Origin: an uncultured Lachnospiraceae bacterium
GTDB taxonomy: Bacteria > Bacillota > Clostridia > Christensenellales > UBA1242
Assembly (NCBI GenBank): GCA_964600435.1
Contig: CAZRJB010000006.1
Coordinates: 3,359-67,358, forward strand
Direction of reading: 5' to 3'
Length of the DNA stretch: 64,000 nucleotides
The translations under genes and the position numbers were made by a program. Positions 35,710 to 45,529 of this stretch are shown in pieces. Position 1 is the stretch's first letter. Every line of letters begins with the position of its first letter. Under the pieces are notes generated by a model that did not search any database, was not told the origin of the DNA, and was given only the letters and a program-made list of their open reading frames with translations.

Positions 35710-36900
35710 ATGAAAAGCATAATGGTAATTGACACACAAAATGGTTTTGTTGGTGAAAATGACTCAAAATTAATTGAAAATATAAATAATTATTTGAAAA
35801 ATAATAATTTTGATGTTATTGTTTACACAAAATTGATGACAAATGTTAATAATATTAGTAAAAGTTATTCAGAAACAGCAAAGCAATATAACAAAGAAGA
35901 ACAAAAGTTGGCAGTTAAAAAAATGCAGAAAGGAAGGGTTTTTAGCAAAAAGTATCATGGTATGACAAATAAAATATTAAAATATTTATTTGAAAAAGGT
36001 GTTGAAGAAATTGAGTTGTGTGGAATTAATAATGAAGATGATTTTGAATTAATTAAAACTCAATTGCAAAATATAAACATAAAAGCAAAAATTAATGAAA
36101 ATTTAACAAAAAATTATGTTTTTTTATCAAATTATTCAAAAAATAATTATTTTTTAACGAATAATGGTTTTTATATTGGTGACATGCTTGCAAACAATAA
36201 TCAAATTACAAGCACAAGCATTTTAGCATTTGCGCTTATTGAATGGCTTGATGGGTGTCAAAAAACTGCGGAACAATTTCAAAAAATTTTAAGTTGTTTT
36301 TATAAATTTTTTCCAAGTAAAATTTACAAATATTCAGATAGCTTAGCAAAATGGATGGATTTGGGTTGCAGACACTATAGATTATGTGAAGATTTTATAG
36401 GAATTGAATATTGCACGCCTATTGGTGTTTATGCAAGCACTTTATCTGAAATTAACACATTGTTAGAAAAAACAATAATTGTAACACATAACAATGAAAC
36501 TGCATTGATTATTGCAAAAGTTTTAACATATTCAATTTATTTTTTAAAAACAAACACTGAAAAGAAATGTTTAATTAAAAAGTTGCAAAAAATTTTTGAT
36601 TTAAATTTTAGTCTAAATTTAGAAGAAAATATAAAAAATTATAAAAATAATGGCAATTTTGTTGATTTTTTAGGAATTATTTTGGCAATTTTTATAAATT
36701 CTGATTGTTACTATAATGCAATATCTTTGGCAATAAAAATTGATGCAAGTTTTGTGAGTGCTGTTTGTGCTTTATGTGATGCATATTATAAAGATATCCC
36801 TATGTTGGTTGTTAAAGAATTTAAAGCAAAATTACCAAAGAAGTTTATTAATTTGATAAACAATTTTGGCAGAATAACAAAAGAAAACAATGCCATGTGA
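35710..36900 (+). CDS. Fusion of an isochorismatase-like N-domain and an ADP-ribosylglycohydrolase-like C-domain, catalytic motifs degenerate
   Basis: The N-domain has VIDTQNGFV...VFSKKYHGM...LCGINNEDDF. The C-domain has IGDML, VTHNNETALIIAKVLTYSIYFL and NSDCYYNAISLA...ALCDAYYKDIP. These follow the ARH pattern, but the TDDT and DTDT positions are altered. Confidence 0.4.
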   Translation: MKSIMVIDTQNGFVGENDSKLIENINNYLKNNNFDVIVYTKLMTNVNNISKSYSETAKQYNKEEQKLAVKKMQKGRVFSKKYHGMTNKILKYLFEKGVEEIELCGINNEDDFELIKTQLQNINIKAKINENLTKNYVFLSNYSKNNYFLTNNGFYIGDMLANNNQITSTSILAFALIEWLDGCQKTAEQFQKILSCFYKFFPSKIYKYSDSLAKWMDLGCRHYRLCEDFIGIEYCTPIGVYASTLSEINTLLEKTIIVTHNNETALIIAKVLTYSIYFLKTNTEKKCLIKKLQKIFDLNFSLNLEENIKNYKNNGNFVDFLGIILAIFINSDCYYNAISLAIKIDASFVSAVCALCDAYYKDIPMLVVKEFKAKLPKKFINLINNFGRITKENNAM

Positions 36901-37096
36901 CAAATTTGTTAAAAAAATTGACAAATGCTTTTTTAATTACGGTTTAAATTAAGTGTAGTATTAAATTTTACAATTTTAAACCTTGTTTTTTTGTTTGTAT
37001 TTTTTATAAAAAGTGATAAAATATCATTGATTATGCATTTTTTATGGTTTTTTGATATCAAATTGCATAAAAATATTAATTTTTGGGGGGATAAAA

Positions 37097-37903
37097 ATGA
37101 AAACTGTTGTTATAACTGGAAGCGCAAGAGGTTTTGGGTTCTGCATGGCAAGTGTTTTTATGCAAAACGGTTTTAATGTGGTTTTAAGCGACATTAATGA
37201 GCAGGGTTTGCTTGGTGCTGTTGAAAATTTAAACAACTTAAAAATGGACGGCAAGGCTATTGGTGTTGTGTGTGATGTTAAAAATCATGACATGCTAGAA
37301 AATTTATGGCAAGAAGCGGTTAAAAATTTTGGGCAAGTTGATGTTTGGATTAACAATGCCGGAGTAAATCAACCCGACAAACCTATGTGTTGTTTAGAGC
37401 AAAAAGAAATTGACTTCTTGTTGGATATAGATTTAAAGGGAAGCATTTACGGCAGCAAAATTGCCTTTATGCACATGCAGGAGCAAGGTTTTGGGCAAAT
37501 TTATAATGTGGAAGGTTACGGAAGCAACGATGCAATGATGCTTGGTTTAACCTTGTATGGAACCGCAAAAAGAGCAATAACATATTTTACACAGTCTTTG
37601 GCAAAAGAGAGCAAACAACTTAACAATGGCAAGGTTTGCGTATGCAGGCTTACTCCTGGAATTATGATAACCAATTTTATAAAGTCTGCAAATGGTGGGC
37701 AAACAAAAATTGAATTGCCAGAAAAAACAAAAAAAGTGTACAACATTTTGGGTGACTATCCAGAAACAATTGCAAACTATGTTGTTCCAAAAATTATAAA
37801 AAACAAAAAGAATAATTCAAAAATTGTTTGGCTAACAAACGGCAGAGCATTTAGAAGATTTTTGTTTGCAAAATTTAACAAAAGAGATTTTTTTAAAGAA
37901 TAA
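37097..37903 (+). CDS. Short-chain dehydrogenase/reductase (SDR)
   Basis: The start at 37097 follows a GGGGGG-containing RBS. It has TGSARGFG (TGxxxGxG), NNAG and YGTAK (YxxxK). Confidence 0.8.
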   Translation: MKTVVITGSARGFGFCMASVFMQNGFNVVLSDINEQGLLGAVENLNNLKMDGKAIGVVCDVKNHDMLENLWQEAVKNFGQVDVWINNAGVNQPDKPMCCLEQKEIDFLLDIDLKGSIYGSKIAFMHMQEQGFGQIYNVEGYGSNDAMMLGLTLYGTAKRAITYFTQSLAKESKQLNNGKVCVCRLTPGIMITNFIKSANGGQTKIELPEKTKKVYNILGDYPETIANYVVPKIIKNKKNNSKIVWLTNGRAFRRFLFAKFNKRDFFKE

Positions 37904-37912
37904 AGGATTACT

Positions 37913-38308
37913 ATGAAAATTTCAACAAAGGGTCAATATGCGGTAAGGCTAATGGTGGACATTGCAAAAAGTGACAATGCTTTGTCTGTTGGCAACATTG
38001 CAAAAAACCAAGATATTTCAATTAAATATTTAGAACAAATAGCGTCATTGCTTGTAAAGTCGGGGCTTATTGAAAGCATAAGGGGGCATTTGGGAGGCTA
38101 TAAACTTACAAAACCAGCTAGCGAAATTTCTATTAAAGACATTTTGATGGTGACAGGTGATACGTGCAGTTTGGCACCTTGTGTTGGTGGAAAATGCAAC
38201 AGAAGTAACAAGTGTTATGCAATGAGTGTTTGGAATAATTTGGGCGAACTTATTGATGATTACTTAAGCAAAATAAGTTTGCAAAGTTTGATAGATAGCA
38301 AATCATAA
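37913..38308 (+). CDS. Rrf2-family transcriptional regulator
   Basis: MKISTKGQYAVRLMVDIA... is followed by the Cys cluster CSLAPCVGGKCNRSNKC, compatible with an Fe-S-binding Rrf2 protein. Confidence 0.8.
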   Translation: MKISTKGQYAVRLMVDIAKSDNALSVGNIAKNQDISIKYLEQIASLLVKSGLIESIRGHLGGYKLTKPASEISIKDILMVTGDTCSLAPCVGGKCNRSNKCYAMSVWNNLGELIDDYLSKISLQSLIDSKS

Positions 38309-38465
38309 AATAATAGTTTGTTTTTGGCTGTTACAATTTTAAACCGTAAACAAAACATTAAGGGCAATCTTTTTGCGATTTTAAAGAATGTTTTTTGCAG
38401 TTGTTTTTATAAAAAACAAGAAATTGTTTGCGGAAATGTTAAAAATACTAAAACTTAAAACCAAT

Positions 38466-38505
38466 AAAAAAGAATCCAACAAATTAATGTTAGATTCTTT
38501 TTTTT
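38466..38505. terminator. Bidirectional terminator between convergent genes
   Basis: Stem AAGAATCCAAC / GTTAGATTCTT has 11 positions with 1 mismatch. An A-run precedes it and a T-run follows. Confidence 0.65.
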
Positions 38506-38534
38506 AAATTGAATTATTTCAAAGTGCTTTTTTA

Positions 38535-39533
38535 TTAGTTGTTTGCTGTTGGAGCATAAGAATTAATTAAGTTAACCCATGCATTATATTGGTCTTCAGT
38601 TATTTTGCCTGCATCTTTTTGTGCTTGCAAATGTTTAACAACGTTTGTTTTTGCGGTTTTAACTTCATTTTTAAAAGTGTCATATGCTGTTTGCTTTATT
38701 GTTTCGTATTGTTTTTTTGCAGCTGCAATTGCTTCTTCTTTTGCATTTTGGAACAATTTAACTGCATCGTCAAATGTTTTTTGGAAAGCAGTAATTGCTT
38801 GTTCTTTCATTGTTATTGTTGCACTCAAAACTGGATCATATTTTTGTTCAAGTTGAGTTTTTAATTGTTTTAATTCTGCCAAAGCATTGTCTAGTGCAGT
38901 TTTTGCTTCGGTGATTGCGGTTGAATATAAAGTGTTTAATTGGTCTGTTATTGTTTGAATTTGAGAATAAGCCAAATCTTTATATTCTTTTTGTTTGTCG
39001 TTGATTAATTTAACAAGTTCAGAGTTTGACATTTCTTCAATTTCTGTGTTTGTTTTTTCTGGTGCCAAAAGTTTTGCTTTTTGAATTAATGCTTGCCTTT
39101 GAGCAGTTTCGGTAAGTTTGTCTAATTCCACAGTAACATTTGTGCCTAAGGTTTTTGCAATATCTTCAATTTTTGTTTTTGCTTGTTGCTTTAACTCGTC
39201 AATTTTTGCTTGTGAATTGCCGTTTATTTCAACAGAAACAGTGTCGCCATTTAAAGTAAAGTGCCCAGAAATTACAGCACGTTCAATAAAAAGTTGAATT
39301 GTTGAGTCAACATCTTTTCCAACAAAATCTATGTCTGCATAAATTGTGCCGGCATCTGTATTGCCAAAATTAACACTTAAAACATTATTGTTGCCATCCA
39401 ACACGAATGAAATTTCTGGATTAACAGAAAGATTCATAACACTAGCAGGTTCGCTTTCGCCACAGCCCGCAAACATAAAGGCAAATGGAACCATTAAGCA
39501 AAATACTAATAAATATTTAACAAATTTTTTCAT
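38535..39533 (-). CDS. Lipoprotein, coiled-coil/Ala-Lys-Gln-rich
   Basis: It has a signal peptide with the lipobox FMFAGC. Confidence 0.7.
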   Translation of the reverse strand: MKKFVKYLLVFCLMVPFAFMFAGCGESEPASVMNLSVNPEISFVLDGNNNVLSVNFGNTDAGTIYADIDFVGKDVDSTIQLFIERAVISGHFTLNGDTVSVEINGNSQAKIDELKQQAKTKIEDIAKTLGTNVTVELDKLTETAQRQALIQKAKLLAPEKTNTEIEEMSNSELVKLINDKQKEYKDLAYSQIQTITDQLNTLYSTAITEAKTALDNALAELKQLKTQLEQKYDPVLSATITMKEQAITAFQKTFDDAVKLFQNAKEEAIAAAKKQYETIKQTAYDTFKNEVKTAKTNVVKHLQAQKDAGKITEDQYNAWVNLINSYAPTANN

Positions 39534-39690
39534 AAATACCTCCTTATTAATTTGTTGCCTATATTATACCATATAAACAAGTTAGTTTCAAAGTTTTTAA
39601 TAAAATTTTTTTGAAACTTTAAATCAAGATATGTCGAATAAAAATAATTTAAGTTGTATTTCTTAATTTAAATGTGTATAATTTATTTGA

Positions 39691-40620
39691 ATGAAAGAAA
39701 AATTTAAAAACATGTATAACTTTTTTAAAAAGCCAAACATACCATTTACACTAACAGCATATGGCATGTTTTTTGTTGCAACAACTTTAACGTTTATATG
39801 TTTAAGTTTTAATGTTAGCATAACAATAATGTCGTTGTTGTATAGCTTTATGGGCATAACATTTTTTTATTGCTGTTATCTTTTTGTTAGATTCGATTTT
39901 AAAAGAATAAAAAATTGGGGTAAAACACAAAAAGAAAAAATTTCTCAAAAGAGCAAATTTTTAAACAAATTGTTTAACGATATATATTTTAGAACATTGT
40001 TGGCAACTTCTTTTTCTTTAATTTTGGGAATTTTGTTTGTTGCTTACAACGCTTTTGCTGGAATATATTATCACTCAGTTTGGAACGGGAGCATTTCAAT
40101 TTATTATGGTTTTTTGGTTGTTGTTAGAATCATGTTTTTAATAAACGAATCAAAATTAAAAAACTTTGAAGAAAACGTTAAAGAGCAAAATCGAGCAAAA
40201 CTTTTAAAAAACGTTGGAATTATGTTGCTTTTTGTTAACTTGGCGTTAGTTGCTCCGGTAACGCTTCTTGCCCTTTCCAAAAAAGAAGTTAATCTTCCAA
40301 TGTGGGTGGCAATTGCCAATGCTTGCTATGCTTTTTATAAAATAACAATTTGCATTGTTTCGTTTGTTAAAACAAGGCACAATTCAATGCTTTCGGTTAG
40401 ATGCATAAAAAATTTAAATTTGACAAGTGCTTTGGTTACTTTGTTGTCGCTTGAAAACACATTAATAATCACCTTTTCGGAGCATGGAATAGATTCGTCA
40501 ATGCACATAATGATGATTTTATCTGCATTTGTGGTTATGTTTGTTAACATTTGGATTGCAATCTCCACAATTGTAAAAGGCAGAGAAAAAATTAAAGAAA
40601 ATCAACCAAAAAACATTTAA
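39691..40620 (+). CDS. Polytopic membrane protein, unknown family
   Basis: 309 aa with about 6-8 hydrophobic helices. It lies upstream of the two-component genes on the same strand. Confidence 0.6.
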   Translation: MKEKFKNMYNFFKKPNIPFTLTAYGMFFVATTLTFICLSFNVSITIMSLLYSFMGITFFYCCYLFVRFDFKRIKNWGKTQKEKISQKSKFLNKLFNDIYFRTLLATSFSLILGILFVAYNAFAGIYYHSVWNGSISIYYGFLVVVRIMFLINESKLKNFEENVKEQNRAKLLKNVGIMLLFVNLALVAPVTLLALSKKEVNLPMWVAIANACYAFYKITICIVSFVKTRHNSMLSVRCIKNLNLTSALVTLLSLENTLIITFSEHGIDSSMHIMMILSAFVVMFVNIWIAISTIVKGREKIKENQPKNI

Positions 40621-40698
40621 AATTTACAAAAAATTTACATTTAATTAAAAATTTATTAAAATCAATATGCAAAAATTGTGTATGCAAGGGAGAAAAGA

Positions 40699-41376
40699 AT
40701 GATTAATATTTTAATTGTAGAAGATGACATTGAACTAAACAAAACGGTGGAGATTTTTTTAAAAACAGAAGGTTTTAACACCAGCACTTGTTTTGATGGC
40801 TTGCAGGCACTAGAATGTTTAAACACAAACAATTTTGACCTTGTTTTAACCGATGTTATGATGCCAAATTTAGATGGCTTTAACTTGGCTCAAAAAATTA
40901 GGGAGCACAACAAAAACATTCCAATTATTTTCATGACAGCCAAAGATGATAAACTTTCTAAACAACTTGGATATAAATTGGAAATTGATGACTATATAAC
41001 AAAACCGTTTGACATAGACGAACTTGTTATGCGAATAAAAGCAGTTTTAAGGCGAAGCAATGCTCAACAAAGCAATAAAATATCGGTTGGAAATTTAACA
41101 ATGGACAACGATGAGCACACAGCCTATGTTAACAATTCAGAAATAACATTAACGGTTAGGGAGTTTAACATTTTGTTTAAGTTGTTGCAAAACCCAAAAA
41201 AAACATTTACTCGAAGTCAACTAATGGATGAATTTTGGGATTTTGACAGTAGCACAACCAGCAGAACGGTTGATGTTTACATGGCAAAACTTAGAGAAAA
41301 AACATCAATTTGTGATGGTTTTGAAATTGTAACCGTTCATGGGTTAGGTTACAAGGTGGTGTTAAATGAAAAATAA
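40699..41376 (+). CDS. OmpR-family response regulator
   Basis: The start is MINILIVEDD. The receiver Asp is in LVLTDVMMP. The C-terminal winged helix is typical (RTVDVYMAKLREK...GLGYKV). Confidence 0.9.
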   Translation: MINILIVEDDIELNKTVEIFLKTEGFNTSTCFDGLQALECLNTNNFDLVLTDVMMPNLDGFNLAQKIREHNKNIPIIFMTAKDDKLSKQLGYKLEIDDYITKPFDIDELVMRIKAVLRRSNAQQSNKISVGNLTMDNDEHTAYVNNSEITLTVREFNILFKLLQNPKKTFTRSQLMDEFWDFDSSTTSRTVDVYMAKLREKTSICDGFEIVTVHGLGYKVVLNEK

Positions 41377-42403
41377 AAGCAAACTTGGTTTTTCTGCTTT
41401 GGGATTTGTTTTGTTTTTTTTTACAATTGCAGGAACGTCATCTTGTGCCATTATTGTTTTTCAAGCAGCCAACAAAGCAACAAGCGGAAATTTAACAGCA
41501 ATAATTTTTGCTGTTTTGGGAAACATTTTAATAGGAACCATTTTGTGTGCGGCAATTGACATTGTTAGGCGAAAAATTATGGTGGATATGCCAACATCAA
41601 AAATTTTGGACGCAACAAGCGAAATTGCAAAAGGCAACTTTAATGTTAAACTAGATATCAAACATGCGCATAAAAACTTTGATGAATACGATAAAATTAT
41701 GGAAAACATAAATAAAATGGCGGAAGAACTAGCAAAAAACGAAATTTTAAAATCGGACTTTATTTCAAATGTTTCACACGAAATAAAAACACCACTAACT
41801 ATAATTCAAAATTACTCAATCATTTTGCAGAATGATAACCTAGACAAAACAGAAAAAAATAAATATTTAAAAGAAATGGTTGTTGCAACAAAACGCCTGT
41901 CTAGCCTTGTAACAAACATTTTAAAACTTAACAAACTAGAAAACCAAAAACTGGACTTTGAGTTTACAAAATTTAACTTGGGTGAAGAGTTAAGGCTTTC
42001 GGTTTTAAAGTTTGAAGACTTGTTAGAGCAAAAAAACATCAATTTGGATTGTAACATAGACGACGTTGAAATTGTTTCATCCAAAGACTTGCTTGAGATT
42101 GTTTGGAATAACATAATTTCAAATGCAATCAAGTTTACAAAAAACAACATTTGTGTTAACTTAACAAACACAGAAAACCATGTAGAAATAAAAATCTCTG
42201 ACAACGGCTGTGGAATGTCAACAGAAGTCGGCAAACATATTTTTGACAAATTTTATCAAGGCAACACATCTCACGTTGACCAAGGAAACGGGCTTGGGCT
42301 AGCACTTGTTAAAAAGGTTATTGATATTTTGGGTGGAGAAATATCTGTAGAAAGCGAACTGGAAAAAGGTAGCACATTCACCATAAAATTAAAAAAGGAT
42401 TAA
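41366..42403 (+). CDS. Sensor histidine kinase with two TM helices and a minimal external loop
   Basis: The H-box is SNVSHEIKTPL. The N and G boxes are NAIKFT and DNGCGM...GNGLGLALVKK. About 12 residues separate the two TM helices. Confidence 0.85.
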   Translation: MKNKSKLGFSALGFVLFFFTIAGTSSCAIIVFQAANKATSGNLTAIIFAVLGNILIGTILCAAIDIVRRKIMVDMPTSKILDATSEIAKGNFNVKLDIKHAHKNFDEYDKIMENINKMAEELAKNEILKSDFISNVSHEIKTPLTIIQNYSIILQNDNLDKTEKNKYLKEMVVATKRLSSLVTNILKLNKLENQKLDFEFTKFNLGEELRLSVLKFEDLLEQKNINLDCNIDDVEIVSSKDLLEIVWNNIISNAIKFTKNNICVNLTNTENHVEIKISDNGCGMSTEVGKHIFDKFYQGNTSHVDQGNGLGLALVKKVIDILGGEISVESELEKGSTFTIKLKKD

Positions 42404-42408
42404 AAAAA

Positions 42409-42795
42409 ATGGATAATAACAAATTTGAATTCACATATAAAGCACCAACAAAATCTGAAAGGGAAACAATTGAAGATATAAGAAAAAACTATCTTCCAAA
42501 ACCGGAAGAAGAAAATGAGTTTGAAAAATTAAAAAAACTAGATGGCAAAGTTAAAAACATTCCAACAATTTGGGGGCTTTGTGTTGGCATTGTTGGAGTT
42601 CTGATTTTTGGCTTGGGCTTGACCATGGTTTTGGAGTGGAACTTGCTTGTTTCAGGCATTATTGTTTGTGTGGCTGGATGCATTCCAATGGTGGGGGCAT
42701 ACCCTGTTTACAAAAAATCAAAAAGCATTTTAACAAACAAATATAAAGACAAAATTTTGGCTTTAAGCGAAAAATTGCTTAACGAAGAAAAATAA
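42409..42795 (+). CDS. Small two-TM membrane protein
   Basis: 128 aa with a central hydrophobic hairpin (IWGLCVGIVGVLIFGLGLTMVL...LVSGIIVCVAGCIPMVGA). Confidence 0.6.
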   Translation: MDNNKFEFTYKAPTKSERETIEDIRKNYLPKPEEENEFEKLKKLDGKVKNIPTIWGLCVGIVGVLIFGLGLTMVLEWNLLVSGIIVCVAGCIPMVGAYPVYKKSKSILTNKYKDKILALSEKLLNEEK

Positions 42796-42836
42796 AAAAA
42801 TATCAATTTTTAGTTTTGCAAAACTGGGAGAACGAT

Positions 42837-44378
42837 ATGTCAAAAACAAATGAAGAAAAAACAAAGAAAATAAAAACAGAATCAAATTTTGGTGTTTTAA
42901 AAACAATTATTGTTGCAGTTTTAATAATTGCACAATTTTGTTTTTTATTGATTTCTGCTTTCTATTTATTAAACGTTTTTAAATGGCTGGTTGGTTTTAG
43001 TTTTTTTGTAACAATAATTTTTTGCTTGGATGTTTTGTCTTCTAATCGAACAGGGCAAGTTAAGGCAACCTGGATTTTTTTCATGCTTTTGTGCTTTACT
43101 TTTGGTTGGATATTCTTTATTTTATCTAACGAAAAATTTATGTTTGGAAAACATAAAAAAAGATATCAAAAAATCCATGCAACAACTGATATTCTGCCAC
43201 ACAATGTTGAAATTGATAATTGTTCACTTTCAATAAAAAATGATTGCAACTATCTTCAAAAAAATGGAAACTTTAGCATATATAACTCCATAAACACAAA
43301 ATATTTTGCAAGCGGTGAAAATTTGTTTAAAGAGGTTATAAAAACCTTAAAAACCGCTCAAAAGTTTATCTTTATTGAGTTCTTTATTATTTCAGATGGT
43401 AAACTTTCTGGCGAAATTTTTAAAATTTTAAAACAAAAGGCAAGTCAGGGAGTTGATGTCAGAATTATTTATGACGATATGGGCTCTCACGGAAGATTTA
43501 AAAGAAAAACAAAAAAACAACTAGAAAAACAAGGTGTTAAACTTGAAGCATTTAACAAACTTGTTCCTGTTTTAAACTTTGCTTTAAACTATAGAGATCA
43601 CAGAAAAATTGTTGTTGTGGACGGCAAAACCGCTTTCACTGGTGGAACAAATTTGTCAGACGAATATGTTAATGCAAAAAAACTTTATGGGTTTTGGAAA
43701 GACGGCGGAATTAAAATTTGCGGAGAGTGCGTAAACACTTTTACATTGGCTTTTTTGCGTCAATGGCAATTTTTAAGCAAAAAGGAACAAAACCTTAAAA
43801 ACTTTATTCAATGTAAAAATCAAACCACAATAAATCCAAACCAAGACGTGGTTGTTCCGTTTGTTACTGGTCCAGATTACAAAAACAATATTGCAAGAGA
43901 TATGTATGAAAACATGATTGCAAACGCAACAAAAAAAATATATATAATGACCCCTTATTTAATTCCGGATGAAACAGTTGTTAATGTTTTAAAAAACAAG
44001 GCTCAAAGTGGAGTGGATGTGCAAATTATTCTTCCGGGAATTCCTGATAAAAAAACAGTTTATTTAATGAGTTTAGACCAGGCGGAAAATCTTATGCAGG
44101 GCGGAGTTAAAATTTTGTTAATGAACAATTCATTTGTTCATAGCAAATTGCTTTTAACAGAAAATGCCTGCATTGTTGGTTCAATAAACATGGACCAACG
44201 TTCGTTATATCAACAATTTGAAAGTGCCGTTTACACTAACGACAAAAAAGTTATGCAAGATTTGCAAACCGATTTTTTACAAACAGTCAAAAACAGCAAA
44301 ATTCATCAAAAAACAAAACGCGGAATTGTTAAAAACACAGTTGTAAGGGTTTTAAGATTAATTTCGCCACTAATGTAA
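42837..44378 (+). CDS. cls: Cardiolipin synthase (PLD superfamily)
   Basis: It has two HKD motifs (HRKIVVVDGKTAFTGGTNLSDE and HSKLLLTENACIVGSINMDQRS). The start at ATG 42837 is preceded by GGGAGA. Confidence 0.85.
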   Translation: MSKTNEEKTKKIKTESNFGVLKTIIVAVLIIAQFCFLLISAFYLLNVFKWLVGFSFFVTIIFCLDVLSSNRTGQVKATWIFFMLLCFTFGWIFFILSNEKFMFGKHKKRYQKIHATTDILPHNVEIDNCSLSIKNDCNYLQKNGNFSIYNSINTKYFASGENLFKEVIKTLKTAQKFIFIEFFIISDGKLSGEIFKILKQKASQGVDVRIIYDDMGSHGRFKRKTKKQLEKQGVKLEAFNKLVPVLNFALNYRDHRKIVVVDGKTAFTGGTNLSDEYVNAKKLYGFWKDGGIKICGECVNTFTLAFLRQWQFLSKKEQNLKNFIQCKNQTTINPNQDVVVPFVTGPDYKNNIARDMYENMIANATKKIYIMTPYLIPDETVVNVLKNKAQSGVDVQIILPGIPDKKTVYLMSLDQAENLMQGGVKILLMNNSFVHSKLLLTENACIVGSINMDQRSLYQQFESAVYTNDKKVMQDLQTDFLQTVKNSKIHQKTKRGIVKNTVVRVLRLISPLM

Positions 44379-44407
44379 TCACTTTGTGTGATTGCATTTT
44401 TTTTAAA

Positions 44408-44435
44408 CATGCAAGAACAAAGCAAATAAAATGAG
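44408..44435 (+). repeat. 28-nt conserved box, copy 2 (shared with 21467..21494)
   Basis: It follows the cls terminator-like hairpin and T-run. Similarity to the first locus continues patchily for about 130 nt, including a TCGAG-containing promoter-like segment and AACAAAAAAATTAC. Confidence 0.7.
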
Positions 44436-44611
44436 ATTTTTTTTGACGGCAAAATTTAACAAGGTTGCCGTTTTGGTTTCAATTGAAAAATGTCGAGTTT
44501 TGTCGCTTACAATTTTTTAACAAAAAAATTACAAAATACTATCAAAAATTTAATTAAATTTAAACAATTAAATGTTAACATTGGTTTGTTAAAAAATAAA
44601 GGTGGTACAAA

Positions 44612-45529
44612 ATGAATGCAATTGAAATTAAAGGTTTAACAAAATCTTTTCGAGGAATGTATGCTTTAAATGGTTTAAACATGACTGTTCCCGTTGGTTC
44701 AATTTATGGATTTATTGGAGAAAACGGAAGCGGAAAGTCCACAACACAAAAACTTATTTGTGGGCATTTGGTCAAAGATAAGGGCAGCATTAAGTTGTTT
44801 GGCAAAGACTACACCGATGCAAGTGTTAGGGTTAAGGTTGGAGCATTAATTGAAAATGCAGGATGCTTTCCAAATTCTAGCATATATACAAATTTAAAAA
44901 TGCAGGCACTAAACTTGGGCATTAAAAACATTGACCAAGAAATTGATAGAGTTTTAAAAATTGTTAGAATGGAAAACGAAAAAAATTTAAAATTTAAAAA
45001 GTGCTCATTGGGAATGAAGCAACGAGTGGGCATTGCCATGGCTTTGCTTTCTGACCCAGTTTTGCTAATTTTGGACGAACCAATCAATGGCTTAGATGCC
45101 GACGGAATGCGCATAATGAGGGAAATTTTGGTGGATATAACAAAAAACAATTCTGGCACGGTTTTAATTTCTTCTCACATTTTAGGGGAACTGGAAAAAA
45201 TTGCAACACACTATGGAATTATTCGACAAGGCAAAATGATTCAAGAAATTTCTGCTTCAGACATGGAAAATCGAGCAAGAGTTTTTGTTTCGCTTAAAAC
45301 AAAGCAGATGGAAAAATCATGTGAAATTTTAAAACAGCATTTTAATAATGTAAAAATTGAGCAAGGTTCAATAAGAGTCTATGACGAAAACAATGTTGAA
45401 AAAATTGTTCAGGTTTTAATAGAAAATGGGCAAACACCATATGAAATAGAAAAAAACAAAGTTGGCTTGGAAGAATATTACATTCAATTAATGAGTCAAA
45501 AGGAGAATAAAAATGGAAAACAAAATTAG
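44612..45529 (+). CDS. ABC transporter ATP-binding protein (module 1)
   Basis: Walker A is GENGSGKST. The signature is LGMKQR and Walker B is LILDEP. Confidence 0.9.
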   Translation: MNAIEIKGLTKSFRGMYALNGLNMTVPVGSIYGFIGENGSGKSTTQKLICGHLVKDKGSIKLFGKDYTDASVRVKVGALIENAGCFPNSSIYTNLKMQALNLGIKNIDQEIDRVLKIVRMENEKNLKFKKCSLGMKQRVGIAMALLSDPVLLILDEPINGLDADGMRIMREILVDITKNNSGTVLISSHILGELEKIATHYGIIRQGKMIQEISASDMENRARVFVSLKTKQMEKSCEILKQHFNNVKIEQGSIRVYDENNVEKIVQVLIENGQTPYEIEKNKVGLEEYYIQLMSQKENKNGKQN

